From assembly GCA_965200315.1 (NCBI GenBank), contig OZ241362.1:1536001-1600000 (forward strand): a DNA stretch of 64,000 bases, written 5' to 3'. Under the pieces are notes generated by a model. That model did not search any database, had not been told where the DNA came from, and was given only the letters and a program-made list of their open reading frames with translations. This document shows positions 19,025 through 32,179 of this stretch, in pieces; within the stretch, counting starts at the first letter, position 1; the number at the start of each line of letters is the position of its first letter. The translations under genes and the position numbers were made by a program. The DNA is from Candidatus Latescibacterota bacterium (GTDB lineage: Bacteria > Latescibacterota > UBA2968 > UBA8231).

Positions 19025-21655
19025 ATGACGGAAAAGTACGTATATCTGTTTGGCACCTCTCAATCCGAAGGCGATAAGGAAATGCGCAACCTGCTCGGCG
19101 GCAAAGGCGCTAACCTCGCCGAAATGGCCCAGCTCGGCCTCCCCGTCCCAGCCGGTTTTACCATCACCACCGAAGTTTGCACCTATTACTACAACCACGC
19201 CAAAACGTATCCCAGCGAACTCAAAGGCCAAGTAGAGCGCACCATTGCCGAAGTCGAAAAAACCATGGACATGCGCTTTGGCGACGCGGCCAACCCGCTT
19301 TTGCTCTCCGTGCGATCTGGGGCCAGAGTGTCCATGCCCGGCATGATGGAGACAGTGCTCAACCTCGGCCTCAACGACGAAATCGTCCAAGGGCTTATCG
19401 ACCAGTCGGGCGACCCGCGCTTTTGCTACGACGTGTACCGCCGCTTCGTGCAGATGTACGGCGACGTGGTCATGGGCTTGCGGCCCGAAGACGAAAAGGA
19501 AACAGACCCTTTTGAGGCCCTGCTCGACGCGAAAAAACACGCTCGTGGGGTCGCGCTCGACAGCGAATTGAGCGCCGAAGACCTGCGCGAATTGGTCGCC
19601 GAGTTCAAGGCTGAGATCGCCAAGCGGCTCGCCCGCGAGTTCCCCGAAGACCCCCACGAGCAGTTGTGGAATGCCATCGGCGCGGTCTTTGGCTCTTGGC
19701 AGGGCCAACGCGCCATCCGCTACCGCGAAATCGAAGGCATCCCCCACGACTGGGGCACGGCCGTCAACGTCCAGTCCATGGTGTACGGCAACATGGGCGA
19801 CGATTGCGCTACGGGCGTGGCCTTCACGCGCAACCCCTCCACCGGGGAGAAGCACCTGTACGGCGAGTTCCTCATCAACGCCCAAGGCGAAGATGTGGTC
19901 GCTGGTACCCGCACACCCCAACACCTGTCCCAGCTCAGCAGCCAAATGCCGCGAGTGTACGAGCAGTTCCAAGCGATCTGCGACCAGCTAGAGCCGCACT
20001 ACCGAGACATGCAGGATGTCGAGTTCACGGTCCAGAAAGGCAAGTTGTGGATGCTGCAAACCCGCAGCGGCAAGCGCACTGGGGCGGCGGCGGTCCAAAT
20101 TGCCGTGGACATGGTTGCCGAAGGGCTTATCTCCCAAGAGGAAGCCCTCCTGCGCGTCACGCCGGATCAGCTCGACCAACTCCTGCACCCAACATTCGAC
20201 GAAGCGAGCCCCAGGGACGTCATCGCCGAGGGGCTACCCGCTTCACCTGGGGCGGCGACCGGCCAAGTGGTCTTCAACTCCGAAGAGGCCGAAACACAAG
20301 CGGCCGAAGGCCAGCAGGTCATCTTGGTGCGCCAAGAGACTTCGCCCGAAGACATCGGCGGCATGGATGCCGCCCAAGGCATTCTCACGGCGCGGGGGGG
20401 CGCGTCCTCTCATGCCGCCCTAGTCGCGCGCGGCATGGGCAAGTGCTGCGTCGCTGGCTGCGAGTCCATAGCAATCGACTATCATCGGGAATTGTTTACC
20501 GCCAACGGCAAGACCGTCAAAAAAGGCGACTGGATATCCATCGATGGCTCGTCCGGCCAAGTCATGCTGGGCCAAGTGCCCACCGTGGAGCCGAGTTTCT
20601 CGTCGTCGTTTGACATCATGATGGGTTGGGCTGACGACAAGCGCCGACTGGCCGTGCGCACCAATGCCGACACGCCACACGACTCAGCGGTGGCCCGCAA
20701 TTTCGGTGCCGAGGGCATTGGCCTGTGCCGCACCGAACACATGTTCTTTGAGGCCGACCGCATCGTGGCCGTGCGCGAGATGATCCTCGCCGCCGACGAG
20801 GCCGGGCGACGCCAAGCCCTAGCCAAGCTCAAGCCCATACAGCGGCTCGATTTTGAGGGCATTTTCACCGCCATGGACGGCCTGCCCGTAACCATCCGCT
20901 TGCTAGACCCGCCGCTGCACGAGTTCTTGCCTCACGAGCCAGCCCAACAACAACAGATGGCCGAGGAAATGGGCGTCCCCTTGCGCCAGATCGAGGCTAA
21001 AATCGCCTCCCTGCACGAGTTCAATCCCATGCTGGGGCATCGCGGCTGCCGCTTGGGAATCACGTACCCAGAAATCTACGAGATGCAGGTCGAAGCCATT
21101 TTTGAGGCCGCGGTCAACGTGCGTACCAAGGGCGTCAATCCCCTGCCCGAAATTATGATTCCCCTCGTGGGCACCGAGCGCGAGTTTAGCGACCTAAAAG
21201 CCATGGTCGACCGCGTCGCCGTGGCGGCCGGGGGCACTATCGAGTATCTAGTAGGCACTATGATCGAAATTCCTCGCGCCGCCCTCCTCGCCGACCAAAT
21301 CGCCGCGGAAGCCGAGTTTTTCAGCTTTGGCACCAACGACCTGACCCAGCTTACCTTCGGCTACAGCCGCGACGACGCGGGCAAGTTCCTGCCCGAATAC
21401 GTAGCCCAAGGCATTCTCGCCGACGATCCGTTCCAAAGCCTCGATCAAGAGGGCACCGGCCAGCTCGTGCGCCTCGGCACCGAGCGGGGCCGCAGCATTC
21501 GTCCCCAGCTCAAGGTGGGCATCTGCGGCGAGCACGGCGGCGACCCCAGCTCGGTGGGCTTTTGCCACGAGGTAGGCCTCGACTACGTCTCCTGTTCCCC
21601 TTACCGGGTGCCTATCGCCCGCTTGGCGGCCGCCCAAGCCACCCTTGCCGAGTGA
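19025..21655 (+). CDS. ppdK: Pyruvate, phosphate dikinase
   Basis: LLGGKGANLAEM, SVRSGARVSMPGMM, phospho-His motif SSHAALVARG, GIGLCRTEHMF and GICGEHGG. Confidence 0.98.
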   Translation: MTEKYVYLFGTSQSEGDKEMRNLLGGKGANLAEMAQLGLPVPAGFTITTEVCTYYYNHAKTYPSELKGQVERTIAEVEKTMDMRFGDAANPLLLSVRSGARVSMPGMMETVLNLGLNDEIVQGLIDQSGDPRFCYDVYRRFVQMYGDVVMGLRPEDEKETDPFEALLDAKKHARGVALDSELSAEDLRELVAEFKAEIAKRLAREFPEDPHEQLWNAIGAVFGSWQGQRAIRYREIEGIPHDWGTAVNVQSMVYGNMGDDCATGVAFTRNPSTGEKHLYGEFLINAQGEDVVAGTRTPQHLSQLSSQMPRVYEQFQAICDQLEPHYRDMQDVEFTVQKGKLWMLQTRSGKRTGAAAVQIAVDMVAEGLISQEEALLRVTPDQLDQLLHPTFDEASPRDVIAEGLPASPGAATGQVVFNSEEAETQAAEGQQVILVRQETSPEDIGGMDAAQGILTARGGASSHAALVARGMGKCCVAGCESIAIDYHRELFTANGKTVKKGDWISIDGSSGQVMLGQVPTVEPSFSSSFDIMMGWADDKRRLAVRTNADTPHDSAVARNFGAEGIGLCRTEHMFFEADRIVAVREMILAADEAGRRQALAKLKPIQRLDFEGIFTAMDGLPVTIRLLDPPLHEFLPHEPAQQQQMAEEMGVPLRQIEAKIASLHEFNPMLGHRGCRLGITYPEIYEMQVEAIFEAAVNVRTKGVNPLPEIMIPLVGTEREFSDLKAMVDRVAVAAGGTIEYLVGTMIEIPRAALLADQIAAEAEFFSFGTNDLTQLTFGYSRDDAGKFLPEYVAQGILADDPFQSLDQEGTGQLVRLGTERGRSIRPQLKVGICGEHGGDPSSVGFCHEVGLDYVSCSPYRVPIARLAAAQATLAE

Positions 21656-21664
21656 GATTTTGCC

Positions 21665-22432
21665 ATGGGCCGGGTCATCGCCATATCCAATCAAAAAGGA
21701 GGAGTCGGCAAGACTACTACGGCCGTTAACTTGGCGGCCAGCCTCGCCGTGGCCGAGCAAAAGACCCTGCTCATCGACATGGATCCGCAGGCCAACGCCA
21801 CTTCGGGCTGCGGCTTTCAAAACAGCAAGGAGATCGAACCGGCCAATATTTATCACGCGCTGATCGGGCAAAAAAAGACCGCTGACGTTACCTACGAGAC
21901 CAAAATATCCTTCCTGTCCTTGATTCCCTCGCACATCAACCTAACGGGTGCCGAGGTCGAGATGGTCAACATGATCGCTCGCGAACAGAAGTTAGACGGA
22001 CTGCTCAACCAAGTCCGCGACCAATACGCCTTTATCATTCTCGATTGTCCGCCCTCTTTGGGGCTGTTGACTATCAACGCCCTGACCGCGGCCGACGCGG
22101 TGATGATACCCATTCAGTGCGAGTACTACGCGCTAGAGGGCCTTGGCCGACTGCTCAACACCGTGCGCCAAATCCAACGCCATCTCAACCCCAAGCTCCA
22201 GATCGCTGGCGTCCTGCTCACCATGTTCGACGGACGCTTGAACCTATCGCGCCAAGTATCTTCAGAGGTCAAGTCCTATTTCGGCAACAAGGTTTACAAG
22301 ACCTCCATCAGCCGCAACGTGCGTCTGGCCGAGGCCCCTAGCCACGGCCAACCCATTGTGCTCTACGACATCTTGTCGCAGGGATCTCAGGATTACATGG
22401 GCCTCGCAGGAGAAGTGATCGACCATGGGTAA
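21665..22432 (+). CDS. parA: Chromosome partitioning ATPase ParA/Soj
   Basis: [27 protein letters not shown] and LAEAPSHG motifs. Confidence 0.96.
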   Translation: MGRVIAISNQKGGVGKTTTAVNLAASLAVAEQKTLLIDMDPQANATSGCGFQNSKEIEPANIYHALIGQKKTADVTYETKISFLSLIPSHINLTGAEVEMVNMIAREQKLDGLLNQVRDQYAFIILDCPPSLGLLTINALTAADAVMIPIQCEYYALEGLGRLLNTVRQIQRHLNPKLQIAGVLLTMFDGRLNLSRQVSSEVKSYFGNKVYKTSISRNVRLAEAPSHGQPIVLYDILSQGSQDYMGLAGEVIDHG

Positions 22433-23297
22433 GAAGCCGGTCCTCGGCAAGGGCATCGGCGCCCTCATCCCCGAGTACACAGAACCTAGCGGCCAAGGCG
22501 ACGCCTCGCGCCAAGTCGTCTATCTCAACGTCAACGAGATCGAACCCAATCCCTATCAAGCTCGCACTGAGTTCGACGAAGAGAGCATTGACGAGCTGAT
22601 GCACTCGATCCAAGAGAAAGGCGTCATCCAGCCCATCACCGTCAGCCGCATCGGCCAGAACTACCAGATCATCGCTGGCGAGCGCCGCTGGCGGGCCACC
22701 AAGAAGGCGGGGATCCAAGAAATACCAGCGATCGTCCACGAAATCGAGTCGCAGCAAGACTTGATGGAACTGTCGCTGATCGAGAACATTCAGCGCGCAA
22801 ATCTGACCCCAATCGAAGAGGCCGAAGGCTACCGCTCGCTGACCGACAAGTGCTTCCTCACCCAAGAGGAAGTCGCCCGCAAGGTGGGGAAAAATCGCTC
22901 GACCGTGACCAATCTCCTCAGGCTGTTGCAATTGCCCCACGAAGTCCAAGACTTCTTGCGCCGCGGTCAACTGCAGATGGGGCACGCCCGCGCCCTGCTC
23001 GGTCTCGAAGAAGACGAAGACCGGCTCGCGCTGGCTCGCCGCGCGGTCGAAGAAAAAATGGCCGTCCGCGAGGTCGAAAAGGCGGTTGTCAATCAGCGCA
23101 CGGGCCGCAAAAAAAAGAAGGCACCCAAAGAAATCCCCACCGACCCCCACATCCGCGACTACGAGGAACGGTTGCAGCACCGCTTCGGCACCGCGGTCAA
23201 CATTCGTCGTACAGCGAACAAGGGGTCAATCCAGATTGAATTCTACAACGATGGGGATCTAGAGCGGCTACTCGACCTGATGATCGATGGCGAATGA
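22425..23297 (+). CDS. parB: Chromosome partitioning protein ParB/Spo0J
   Basis: [27 protein letters not shown] and GHARALL. Overlaps parA. Confidence 0.96.
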   Translation: MGKKPVLGKGIGALIPEYTEPSGQGDASRQVVYLNVNEIEPNPYQARTEFDEESIDELMHSIQEKGVIQPITVSRIGQNYQIIAGERRWRATKKAGIQEIPAIVHEIESQQDLMELSLIENIQRANLTPIEEAEGYRSLTDKCFLTQEEVARKVGKNRSTVTNLLRLLQLPHEVQDFLRRGQLQMGHARALLGLEEDEDRLALARRAVEEKMAVREVEKAVVNQRTGRKKKKAPKEIPTDPHIRDYEERLQHRFGTAVNIRRTANKGSIQIEFYNDGDLERLLDLMIDGE

Positions 23298-24676
23298 ACC
23301 CCGGTTGGTGCCTCGTAGTCCCGTTCCTCGCCCTCGGTGCCTGTAGCTTGCTCCACGACGACCTCCCCAACGATCCCCCGACCGTACCCTTGGCGCGGAT
23401 GACCTGCCAGTCGCCGGGCATAGCTTCCTTGGACACCCTGATCAATAGCGCGGATGCAGTCTGCCGGGTCCAGCGCGGCGGCGAGGTTCGCTTTGAGATC
23501 CGCGCAGCCGACGAGGACGACGACCCTGTGTTCTACGAGTGGCGAGCGCCAGCCGGAGGCAGCTTCCGCGATGCGCAGGCCCAAGAGACCAACTCTTGGT
23601 TTGCCCCCCAAACCATCGCTGGCTCCAGCGAGCAATTTGTCGTGCAGGTCCTCGTAATCGACCGCAACTGCAATGCCGTACTCGATCTAGCTGACCGCCA
23701 GCGCTGCACCGGAGACGCCCGGGTGCTGATCGAAAACTTCCTCGTGGAAGTCGTGCAGCGCGAACCCGCGTTGGAAGTAACCCCCGACGCGACCGGCGCG
23801 TTTAGTGCGCCGCAGATAGTTATCGACGCGTTTGCCACCGATCCAGACGGTGATCGGCTCGAATACCACTGGGAGCCGATGGCCGGGGACAGCCTTAGCA
23901 TCTGGTCAGAAGAGACCATCCGAGACGAGGAAACTGGGCGGCCAATCGGCTCGCGCGCTACCATCGTCGCCTTTTTTCCCGGCCGCCACAAACTCCGCGT
24001 TTCCGCAAGTGACGGTGCCGCAAACACCGAGCGCGAAATCGCCCTCCACGTCTCCATTGAGCCGCCTGTGCCGACTGGCGGTACGGTGCGTCTAGTCCTG
24101 CCGACGGGTCAAGAATACGAGATAGACGCCTACGAGTATCCCAACGCCAGAGGAGAGCGGCCGCAGCCCGCTTCGTTTTTCCAAGCAGCACGCCTGTGCG
24201 CGGCCGAGGGCAAGCGCCTGTGCAGCCCGGACGAATGGCGCACCGCTTGCCAAGCTGGCCAAACGCGGCACTTTTCTTCGATCGATGATTTAGCTGCCTA
24301 CGACAGCCGCGACCATTTTGGCGTGCGCTTCTGCAACGTGCCAGGTTCGGCCTTTTCTCAATTCAGCAGCGACCCAACCGCCCAACTCGCGCCCTCCGGC
24401 TCGTTTCCCAACTGCGGCAGCGCGAGCGGCGTCTTTGATTTGACGGGTAACATAGACGAATGGACCGCCGCTATCGACGATGCCGGCGACCTAGCGGTGT
24501 ACGTGGCCGCAAGCAGCGTATCTGCTCACGGTGCTTGCGACGGCGCGACCCTTGTGAACACCCTGTCCATCGGAAGCCAAGACCCGTATGATATAGAGGT
24601 CTTAGCGGAAATCATCGCCGACTCGCCCTTGCAAACCTATGAGCAGCCCCTCCTCGGCTTCCGCTGCTGCCGTTGA
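23294..24676 (+). CDS. Lipoprotein with Ig/PKD-like domains and C-terminal FGE-sulfatase (SUMF1)-like domain
   Basis: Lipobox LALGAC, DPDGDRLEYHW, IDAYEYPN, KRLCSPDEW..AC, GVFDLTGNIDEW and terminal GFRCCR. Confidence 0.75.
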   Translation: MNPGWCLVVPFLALGACSLLHDDLPNDPPTVPLARMTCQSPGIASLDTLINSADAVCRVQRGGEVRFEIRAADEDDDPVFYEWRAPAGGSFRDAQAQETNSWFAPQTIAGSSEQFVVQVLVIDRNCNAVLDLADRQRCTGDARVLIENFLVEVVQREPALEVTPDATGAFSAPQIVIDAFATDPDGDRLEYHWEPMAGDSLSIWSEETIRDEETGRPIGSRATIVAFFPGRHKLRVSASDGAANTEREIALHVSIEPPVPTGGTVRLVLPTGQEYEIDAYEYPNARGERPQPASFFQAARLCAAEGKRLCSPDEWRTACQAGQTRHFSSIDDLAAYDSRDHFGVRFCNVPGSAFSQFSSDPTAQLAPSGSFPNCGSASGVFDLTGNIDEWTAAIDDAGDLAVYVAASSVSAHGACDGATLVNTLSIGSQDPYDIEVLAEIIADSPLQTYEQPLLGFRCCR

Positions 24677-24692
24677 TACTAGGTCTCCAGCC

Positions 24693-25457
24693 ATGGACCA
24701 AGAGCAACTCCGCCACCTGCTAGAACAAGTCGCCACCGGGGACCTCGCGCCGGGCCAAGCCCTAGAGCGACTTAGAAACCTGCCCTTTGAGAACCTCGGG
24801 TTTGCTCACGTCGATCACCACCGCGCCCTGCGTACTGGGTTCCCGGAAGTCATTTTCGCCCAAGGCAAGACCTGCGAGCAGGTGCTGGCCATCGCTGAGC
24901 GCATAATCGCCCAAGGCACCCAAGTGCTGGCCACCCGCGTTGAAGCGGCCACAGCCCAAGCACTCGTCGAACGCTTCGAGCGAGTCGAGCACGACCCCCT
25001 CGCCCGCATAGTCCTAGTGCCAGGAGCCGAACAACCCGTGCCCGAAGGCTTAGTGGCCGTAGTCTCAGCCGGCACCTCGGACTTGCCCGTGGCCCGCGAA
25101 GCCACCATCACGGCCCGCGCCATGGGCGCGCATGTCGAGGAGGTTTGCGATGTCGGCGTCGCCGGACTACACCGACTCCTAGCGTACCGCGAACTTTTTC
25201 AGCAGGCGCGGGCCATCGTCTTGGTCGCCGGGATGGAGGGTGCGCTCGCCAGCGTCGTCGGAGGACTGGTGGATATTCCGATCGTGGCCGTGCCGACTAG
25301 CGTGGGGTACGGCGCGAGTTTCCACGGCCTCGCCGCGCTCTTGACCATGCTCAACTCCTGTGCGGCCGGCGTGGTTGTCGTCAATATCGACAACGGCTTT
25401 GGCGCTGGGTACGCAGCCGCCCAGATCAACCGCCGCTCTAGCCAGCACCCCGCATGA
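24693..25457 (+). CDS. larB: Nickel pincer cofactor biosynthesis protein LarB
   Basis: DHHRALRTGFPEVIF, AGTSDLPVA, DVGVAGLHRL, PTSVGYG and VNIDNGFGA motifs. Confidence 0.95.
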   Translation: MDQEQLRHLLEQVATGDLAPGQALERLRNLPFENLGFAHVDHHRALRTGFPEVIFAQGKTCEQVLAIAERIIAQGTQVLATRVEAATAQALVERFERVEHDPLARIVLVPGAEQPVPEGLVAVVSAGTSDLPVAREATITARAMGAHVEEVCDVGVAGLHRLLAYRELFQQARAIVLVAGMEGALASVVGGLVDIPIVAVPTSVGYGASFHGLAALLTMLNSCAAGVVVVNIDNGFGAGYAAAQINRRSSQHPA

Positions 25458-26062
25458 TCCACGTCGCCGTATTGGCCGGCGGCCAGAGCCGGCGCATGGG
25501 CCGCGACAAGGCCCTCCTGCAACTGAGCGGCCAAGCCCTAATTGAGCGCGTTCTCGCCGCGGCACACCCCCTCGGCCATCCCCGCGTCATCATCGGCGAC
25601 CCCACCGCCTATGCCCATCTCGGGCTGCCCGTCCTTCCCGACCGCCGCTCTGGGCTTGGGCCGCTGGGCGGCTTGTACACCGCGCTCAGCACAACCGCCG
25701 CGCCCGTGCTCCTGCTCGCCTGCGACTTGCCCTTTCTCACTTCCGACTTCCTCGGCCATCTCGTTGACCGGCGTGGCCCGCATCAAGCGGTCGTGCCCCA
25801 CACGACCACCGGGATGCAACCGCTCTGCGCGCTCTACGAGCCGTCCTGCTTAGCAGCTATAGAAGCCGCCATACAGGCCAATCAACTCGGCATGCGCGAC
25901 CTGCTGCACAATCTGAATTTGGATTTAGTAAGGGAAAAGGACTGGCGGCCCTACGACGAGCGCGGCCTGCTTTTTGCCAATCTCAACGCGCCCGCAGAGT
26001 ACGAGCGGGCGCAAGCCGCACTCCTAAAACCCGGCATCCACCACGCTCAACACCAACAGTAG
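25454..26062 (+). CDS. mobA: Molybdenum cofactor guanylyltransferase
   Basis: LAGGQSRRMGRDKA, GPLGG, ACDLPF, PLCALY and NLN motifs. Confidence 0.92.
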   Translation: MIHVAVLAGGQSRRMGRDKALLQLSGQALIERVLAAAHPLGHPRVIIGDPTAYAHLGLPVLPDRRSGLGPLGGLYTALSTTAAPVLLLACDLPFLTSDFLGHLVDRRGPHQAVVPHTTTGMQPLCALYEPSCLAAIEAAIQANQLGMRDLLHNLNLDLVREKDWRPYDERGLLFANLNAPAEYERAQAALLKPGIHHAQHQQ

Positions 26063-26884
26063 CGGCAGGTAGAGGACCGAAGCTTTGAGCAGCCGCCGCG
26101 CACTGGTCGCCGAGCGCGTGAAGCTAAGCGCGAGACCGGAGCCCAAAAACAGCGAGCCCAAAAACAGCGCCCCAGCTAGGTAAAACGGCCCGGTGAGACC
26201 CATGAACGAAGGCAGCACCGAAAAGATCAGCAGCAGCACCAAGTAGCCCACGACCTGCCAGCAGGTGCTGTTCCCATCCGGCTCGACGACGGGCAACATC
26301 TTGAAACCGCCGCGCCGATAGTCGTCGCGGAAAAGCCAAGCAATGGCGTAGAAATGCGGATGCTGCCAAGCGAAGAGAATGAGAAAGAGGACCACGGCCC
26401 CCGGGTCTAGCGTGCCGGTCGCCGCTGTCCAGCCCCCTACGGGCGGCAGGGCCCCCGGCACGGCCCCCAGCGAGGTGTTGAGCCAATTTTGCCGCTTCAT
26501 CGGGGTGTACACCACCACGTAGAGAAATGCGGAGAGGAGCGCCAAAAACGCCGTCAACAACCCTGCGGTAAAAAGCAGGAAGAACACGCCGCCCAGCACT
26601 AACGCAAACCCCATCGACAGAGCCGTACCCGGCTTGACGCGCCCGGCCGGCAAGGGCCGGTGGCGCGTACGCTCCATCAAACCATCGACATCGCGCTCCA
26701 GATACTGGTTGAGTACCGACGAGCCGCACGTGGTCAGGCCCGTGCCGACGAGCAGGCAGCCAAAAAGCAGCGGCGCGTGGATGCCTTGCCCGCCCCAGAA
26801 AAAACCCAAGGCAGCCGTAACCAGCACCAAAAAGGCAATTCTCGGTTTAGTTAGTGTCCAGTAGTCGTGCCAAGTAGCAGCCAT
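26024..26884 (-). CDS. cyoE: Protoheme IX farnesyltransferase (heme O synthase)
   Basis: LTKPRI, ERDVDGLMERTRHRPLPAG, YTPMKR and WQHPHF motifs. Convergent 39-bp overlap with mobA. Confidence 0.93.
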   Translation of the reverse strand: MAATWHDYWTLTKPRIAFLVLVTAALGFFWGGQGIHAPLLFGCLLVGTGLTTCGSSVLNQYLERDVDGLMERTRHRPLPAGRVKPGTALSMGFALVLGGVFFLLFTAGLLTAFLALLSAFLYVVVYTPMKRQNWLNTSLGAVPGALPPVGGWTAATGTLDPGAVVLFLILFAWQHPHFYAIAWLFRDDYRRGGFKMLPVVEPDGNSTCWQVVGYLVLLLIFSVLPSFMGLTGPFYLAGALFLGSLFLGSGLALSFTRSATSARRLLKASVLYLPLLLVLSVVDAGF

Positions 26885-26913
26885 ATCTATCTCATTCCGC
26901 GCCAAAAATATAA

Positions 26914-29300
<2,387 letters not shown>

Positions 29301-29314
29301 AGCCATCTCCTAGC

Positions 29315-30751
29315 TCAGGCCAACGACGCAAATTCCCATTCCTCCAAGGCCACCATCCCATCCACGGCCACTGGCATTCCCACGCCCAAACCCGCCACTT
29401 GCAGCGACCCTACCTCGATCTTCCCTTCTCGCACATCCAAGGCCACCAATCCACTGCCCACCTCCCGATAGAGCTTCCCGTGCGTGGCCAAGCAGGCTGC
29501 CTGTTCGTCCGCGGTCAAGTGATCCAACCCTCGCACGTAGTGGTGCCCGTTGCGCTCGACGTGCCCGATCCCCAGCGCCGCCACGTGCGCCAAATCTTGG
29601 TGCAGGGGCACCACCGGCAGATTCATCAGGTCCTCGCCCGAGAGAAAGCAGCCCTCCCGCTGCCGCGCCAATGCCAGATTGGCCAGCGCCTTGACCATCC
29701 CTTTGCACGCCTTGGACGAAACGCCCTTGTATCCCAGCGATAAGGCTTGGCGGAAGGTATCCAGCGCATCGTCCGACTCGTCGATGAGCAAGGGACGACG
29801 CGCCGCAGCGGCGCGGATGCCCGATTCTAGAGCCGCATCCAACGCCACGCTCCGCTCTAGGGGCTGCTCAACGTAGAGGATGCGCTCGTACAAACGCGGC
29901 TGCTCGGCTGCAAGAGCTTCAATCAGGCCAATGAGCGAATCCATCTCCCGGTATTGCTCGTTGCCGTCGAGGGTGACCCTGTATTCGGCGTCGCGCCCGT
30001 CCAACAGCTCGGCAATCGCGGCCAACCGCGCCAAGTCGGTCTCCAAATCGCCGTTCACCTTGACCTTGAAGTACGTCAGCCCTTGACTCTCGACGCAATC
30101 GGCCAGCGATTGAGGCAACCCATCGTCCAACCGCTCCTCGGGCCCAATATCGCTGGGGACAATCGGGTCGGCCAATCCCACTGTGTGCCGCACGTGCAAC
30201 TGCTCAAGCGGCGCAGTCCCGATCACTTGGCCGGGCTCCACCCCTCGCAACTCGGGGTGAATCGCCCCCAGATCCAAGCCGAGGAGATTGGCCTTGAGCA
30301 ACTCGAAGTAACTCGCGCCCACGCCGCATCCCACCGCGTCAATCAGGGCGCGCTCCATCAGCGTACTGCCGTGGACGGCCGTCAACCGATTCAGACCGTG
30401 CGCGTCGCCAGCCGATACCGTCTGTGCATAACCGGCCCGCCATATTGCAAAGAACGATTTGGGGGACCGCGCCGCATCCAAATACGCCGCACGCGCCGCA
30501 CGCGCCGCCCACAGCAAATCGGCGACATTGTCTTCGTAGCTTTTGGCCGGGTCTTTGTCGAACCACTTAGGCGGGAGGATGTCGGCTGCAACCCCTTGGA
30601 CTGGAGTGCCGTTTTTTAGCGCACCTTGAGCCACCACGTGGAGAATCGGCACGGCGGTCAGCACGGCCGCGCCGTATTTGAAGGGCATGCGGTTTTGCAC
30701 ATTCCGCATGTAGAACTGCACGTCCTCAAGCCTTATTTCTAGGGCATTCAC
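29315..30751 (-). CDS. Uncharacterised enolase-superfamily protein, paralogue 2
   Basis: YFKVKV (KxK), LDGNEQY, VEQP and IDES metal ligands, ERNGHHY. Confidence 0.75.
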   Translation of the reverse strand: MNALEIRLEDVQFYMRNVQNRMPFKYGAAVLTAVPILHVVAQGALKNGTPVQGVAADILPPKWFDKDPAKSYEDNVADLLWAARAARAAYLDAARSPKSFFAIWRAGYAQTVSAGDAHGLNRLTAVHGSTLMERALIDAVGCGVGASYFELLKANLLGLDLGAIHPELRGVEPGQVIGTAPLEQLHVRHTVGLADPIVPSDIGPEERLDDGLPQSLADCVESQGLTYFKVKVNGDLETDLARLAAIAELLDGRDAEYRVTLDGNEQYREMDSLIGLIEALAAEQPRLYERILYVEQPLERSVALDAALESGIRAAAARRPLLIDESDDALDTFRQALSLGYKGVSSKACKGMVKALANLALARQREGCFLSGEDLMNLPVVPLHQDLAHVAALGIGHVERNGHHYVRGLDHLTADEQAACLATHGKLYREVGSGLVALDVREGKIEVGSLQVAGLGVGMPVAVDGMVALEEWEFASLA

Positions 30752-32175
30752 GAGAGTCGCGCCTCCGCCAGCGGCTGCATGGCCTCAATATCGACTGCGC
30801 CATCCACCCCGAGCCCAGGCCGTTGCAGGGAGCCGACCGCTATTTGGCCGTCGCGAATGTCGATAAAGCCGCTCGGGCCCTCTAAGCGATACAGATCGCC
30901 GTGCCGCTCAAAGCACCACGCCCGCTCAACAGCCGACAAATGATCCAGCCCCCGCACGTAGTGGTGACCATTGCGCTCGACATGGCCGATGCCCAACGCC
31001 GCCACATGCGCCAAATCCTGGTGCAGCGACACCACTGGTACCACGGTCAGATCCTCGGCCGAGACAAAGCAGGGGCGGCCCGCGGCCGTGCGCTGCCAAG
31101 CGAGCGCACTATTGGCCAGCGCCTTAACCAAACCCTTGCAACACTTGGACGAGACGCCGCTGTAGCCCAAGTCCAATGCGCGGCGAAAGGAATCCAAACA
31201 TTCGTCCGACTCGTCAATCAGCAGGGGGCGTTTCGCCGCCAAAACTTCAAGTTCGCTCTTTAGCACCGGATCGAGGGAAAGGGCGCGGTCCATGGGCTGC
31301 TCGACGTAGAGGATGCGCTGGTAAAACGCCCCCAAGTCCTTTTCAACTCGCTCCAATAAGGCCAGCAAATCGGCCGCGTCGCCGTACTGTTCGTTGCCGT
31401 CGAGCGTGATGTGGTACTCCCCGCCGCTGGCGTCCAAGAGCGCGGCGATCTCGGCTAAGCGCTCGAAATCATCCGTGGGGTCGCCGCCGATCTTGATCTT
31501 GAAATAGCGCAGGCCCTGGCCTTGGATGCATTCCTCCAAGGACTGCGGCAATCCGTCGTTTAACCGCTCTGCGGGCGCAATTGCGGCCGTGCGGATGGGA
31601 TCGACCAAGCCGACCGTATGGCGGACGTACAGCGAGCGCACCGGTGCCGCCGGCAGCACGGCTGCAAGCGCTAGCCCTTCTAGCTCCGGGTGAATCCTCT
31701 CCAGCGCCAGCCCGAGGACATTGCCCTGCAACAGCGCAAAATAGGGCTGCCCCAGCGCGACCCCCAAGCTGTCTATGAGTGCCCGTTCCATCAGGGCCGC
31801 ACCATTGGACGCCAGCAGGTAGTTTGTGCCCCGTGCCCGGCCCCACGCCCGACTGGCCTCGTAGCCCGCCTCCCAGATGGCGAATGGGGCAGCGCCGGTT
31901 CGACCCGACTCCCGATAAGCGGCAGCCGCCGCTTTGGCTCCGTCCACCAAGTCGCAGATGCCCTCGGCCATCGACTTGCTGGGGTCTTTGTCAAACCACC
32001 TAGGCGACAGCATGTCTGCAGCCCAACCCCGCGCTCGACGGCCATTGCCCAACTCTAGGTCCATGGCCACATGCAGCGCAGTCAGGCTGTCAGCGACCAC
32101 GTTGCCGAACTTAAACGGCATCCGCATCCGCATCTCGCGCACGTAAAATTCGATATTTTTTATCGCCACTAACAT
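30748..32175 (-). CDS. Uncharacterised enolase-superfamily protein, paralogue 1
   Basis: YFKIKI, LDGNEQY, VEQP, IDES and ERNGHHY. Colinear with paralogue 2. Confidence 0.75.
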   Translation of the reverse strand: MLVAIKNIEFYVREMRMRMPFKFGNVVADSLTALHVAMDLELGNGRRARGWAADMLSPRWFDKDPSKSMAEGICDLVDGAKAAAAAYRESGRTGAAPFAIWEAGYEASRAWGRARGTNYLLASNGAALMERALIDSLGVALGQPYFALLQGNVLGLALERIHPELEGLALAAVLPAAPVRSLYVRHTVGLVDPIRTAAIAPAERLNDGLPQSLEECIQGQGLRYFKIKIGGDPTDDFERLAEIAALLDASGGEYHITLDGNEQYGDAADLLALLERVEKDLGAFYQRILYVEQPMDRALSLDPVLKSELEVLAAKRPLLIDESDECLDSFRRALDLGYSGVSSKCCKGLVKALANSALAWQRTAAGRPCFVSAEDLTVVPVVSLHQDLAHVAALGIGHVERNGHHYVRGLDHLSAVERAWCFERHGDLYRLEGPSGFIDIRDGQIAVGSLQRPGLGVDGAVDIEAMQPLAEARLS

Positions 32176-32179
32176 TCTG

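Noticed and set aside
19007-20613. Long alternative-frame and antisense ORFs (e.g. 19007-19972, 19666-20613, 39059-40054, 22338-23180)
   Set aside because: They are shadow ORFs of well-supported genes in a GC-rich genome and have no recognisable motifs.
21600-23400. parS site near parAB
   Set aside because: I saw no TGTTTCACGTGAAACA-like palindrome by eye; a motif scan is needed to exclude a degenerate site.
24400-24676. FGE-sulfatase C-terminus as a diversity-generating retroelement variable region
   Set aside because: I saw no reverse transcriptase and no second near-identical template repeat in the window.
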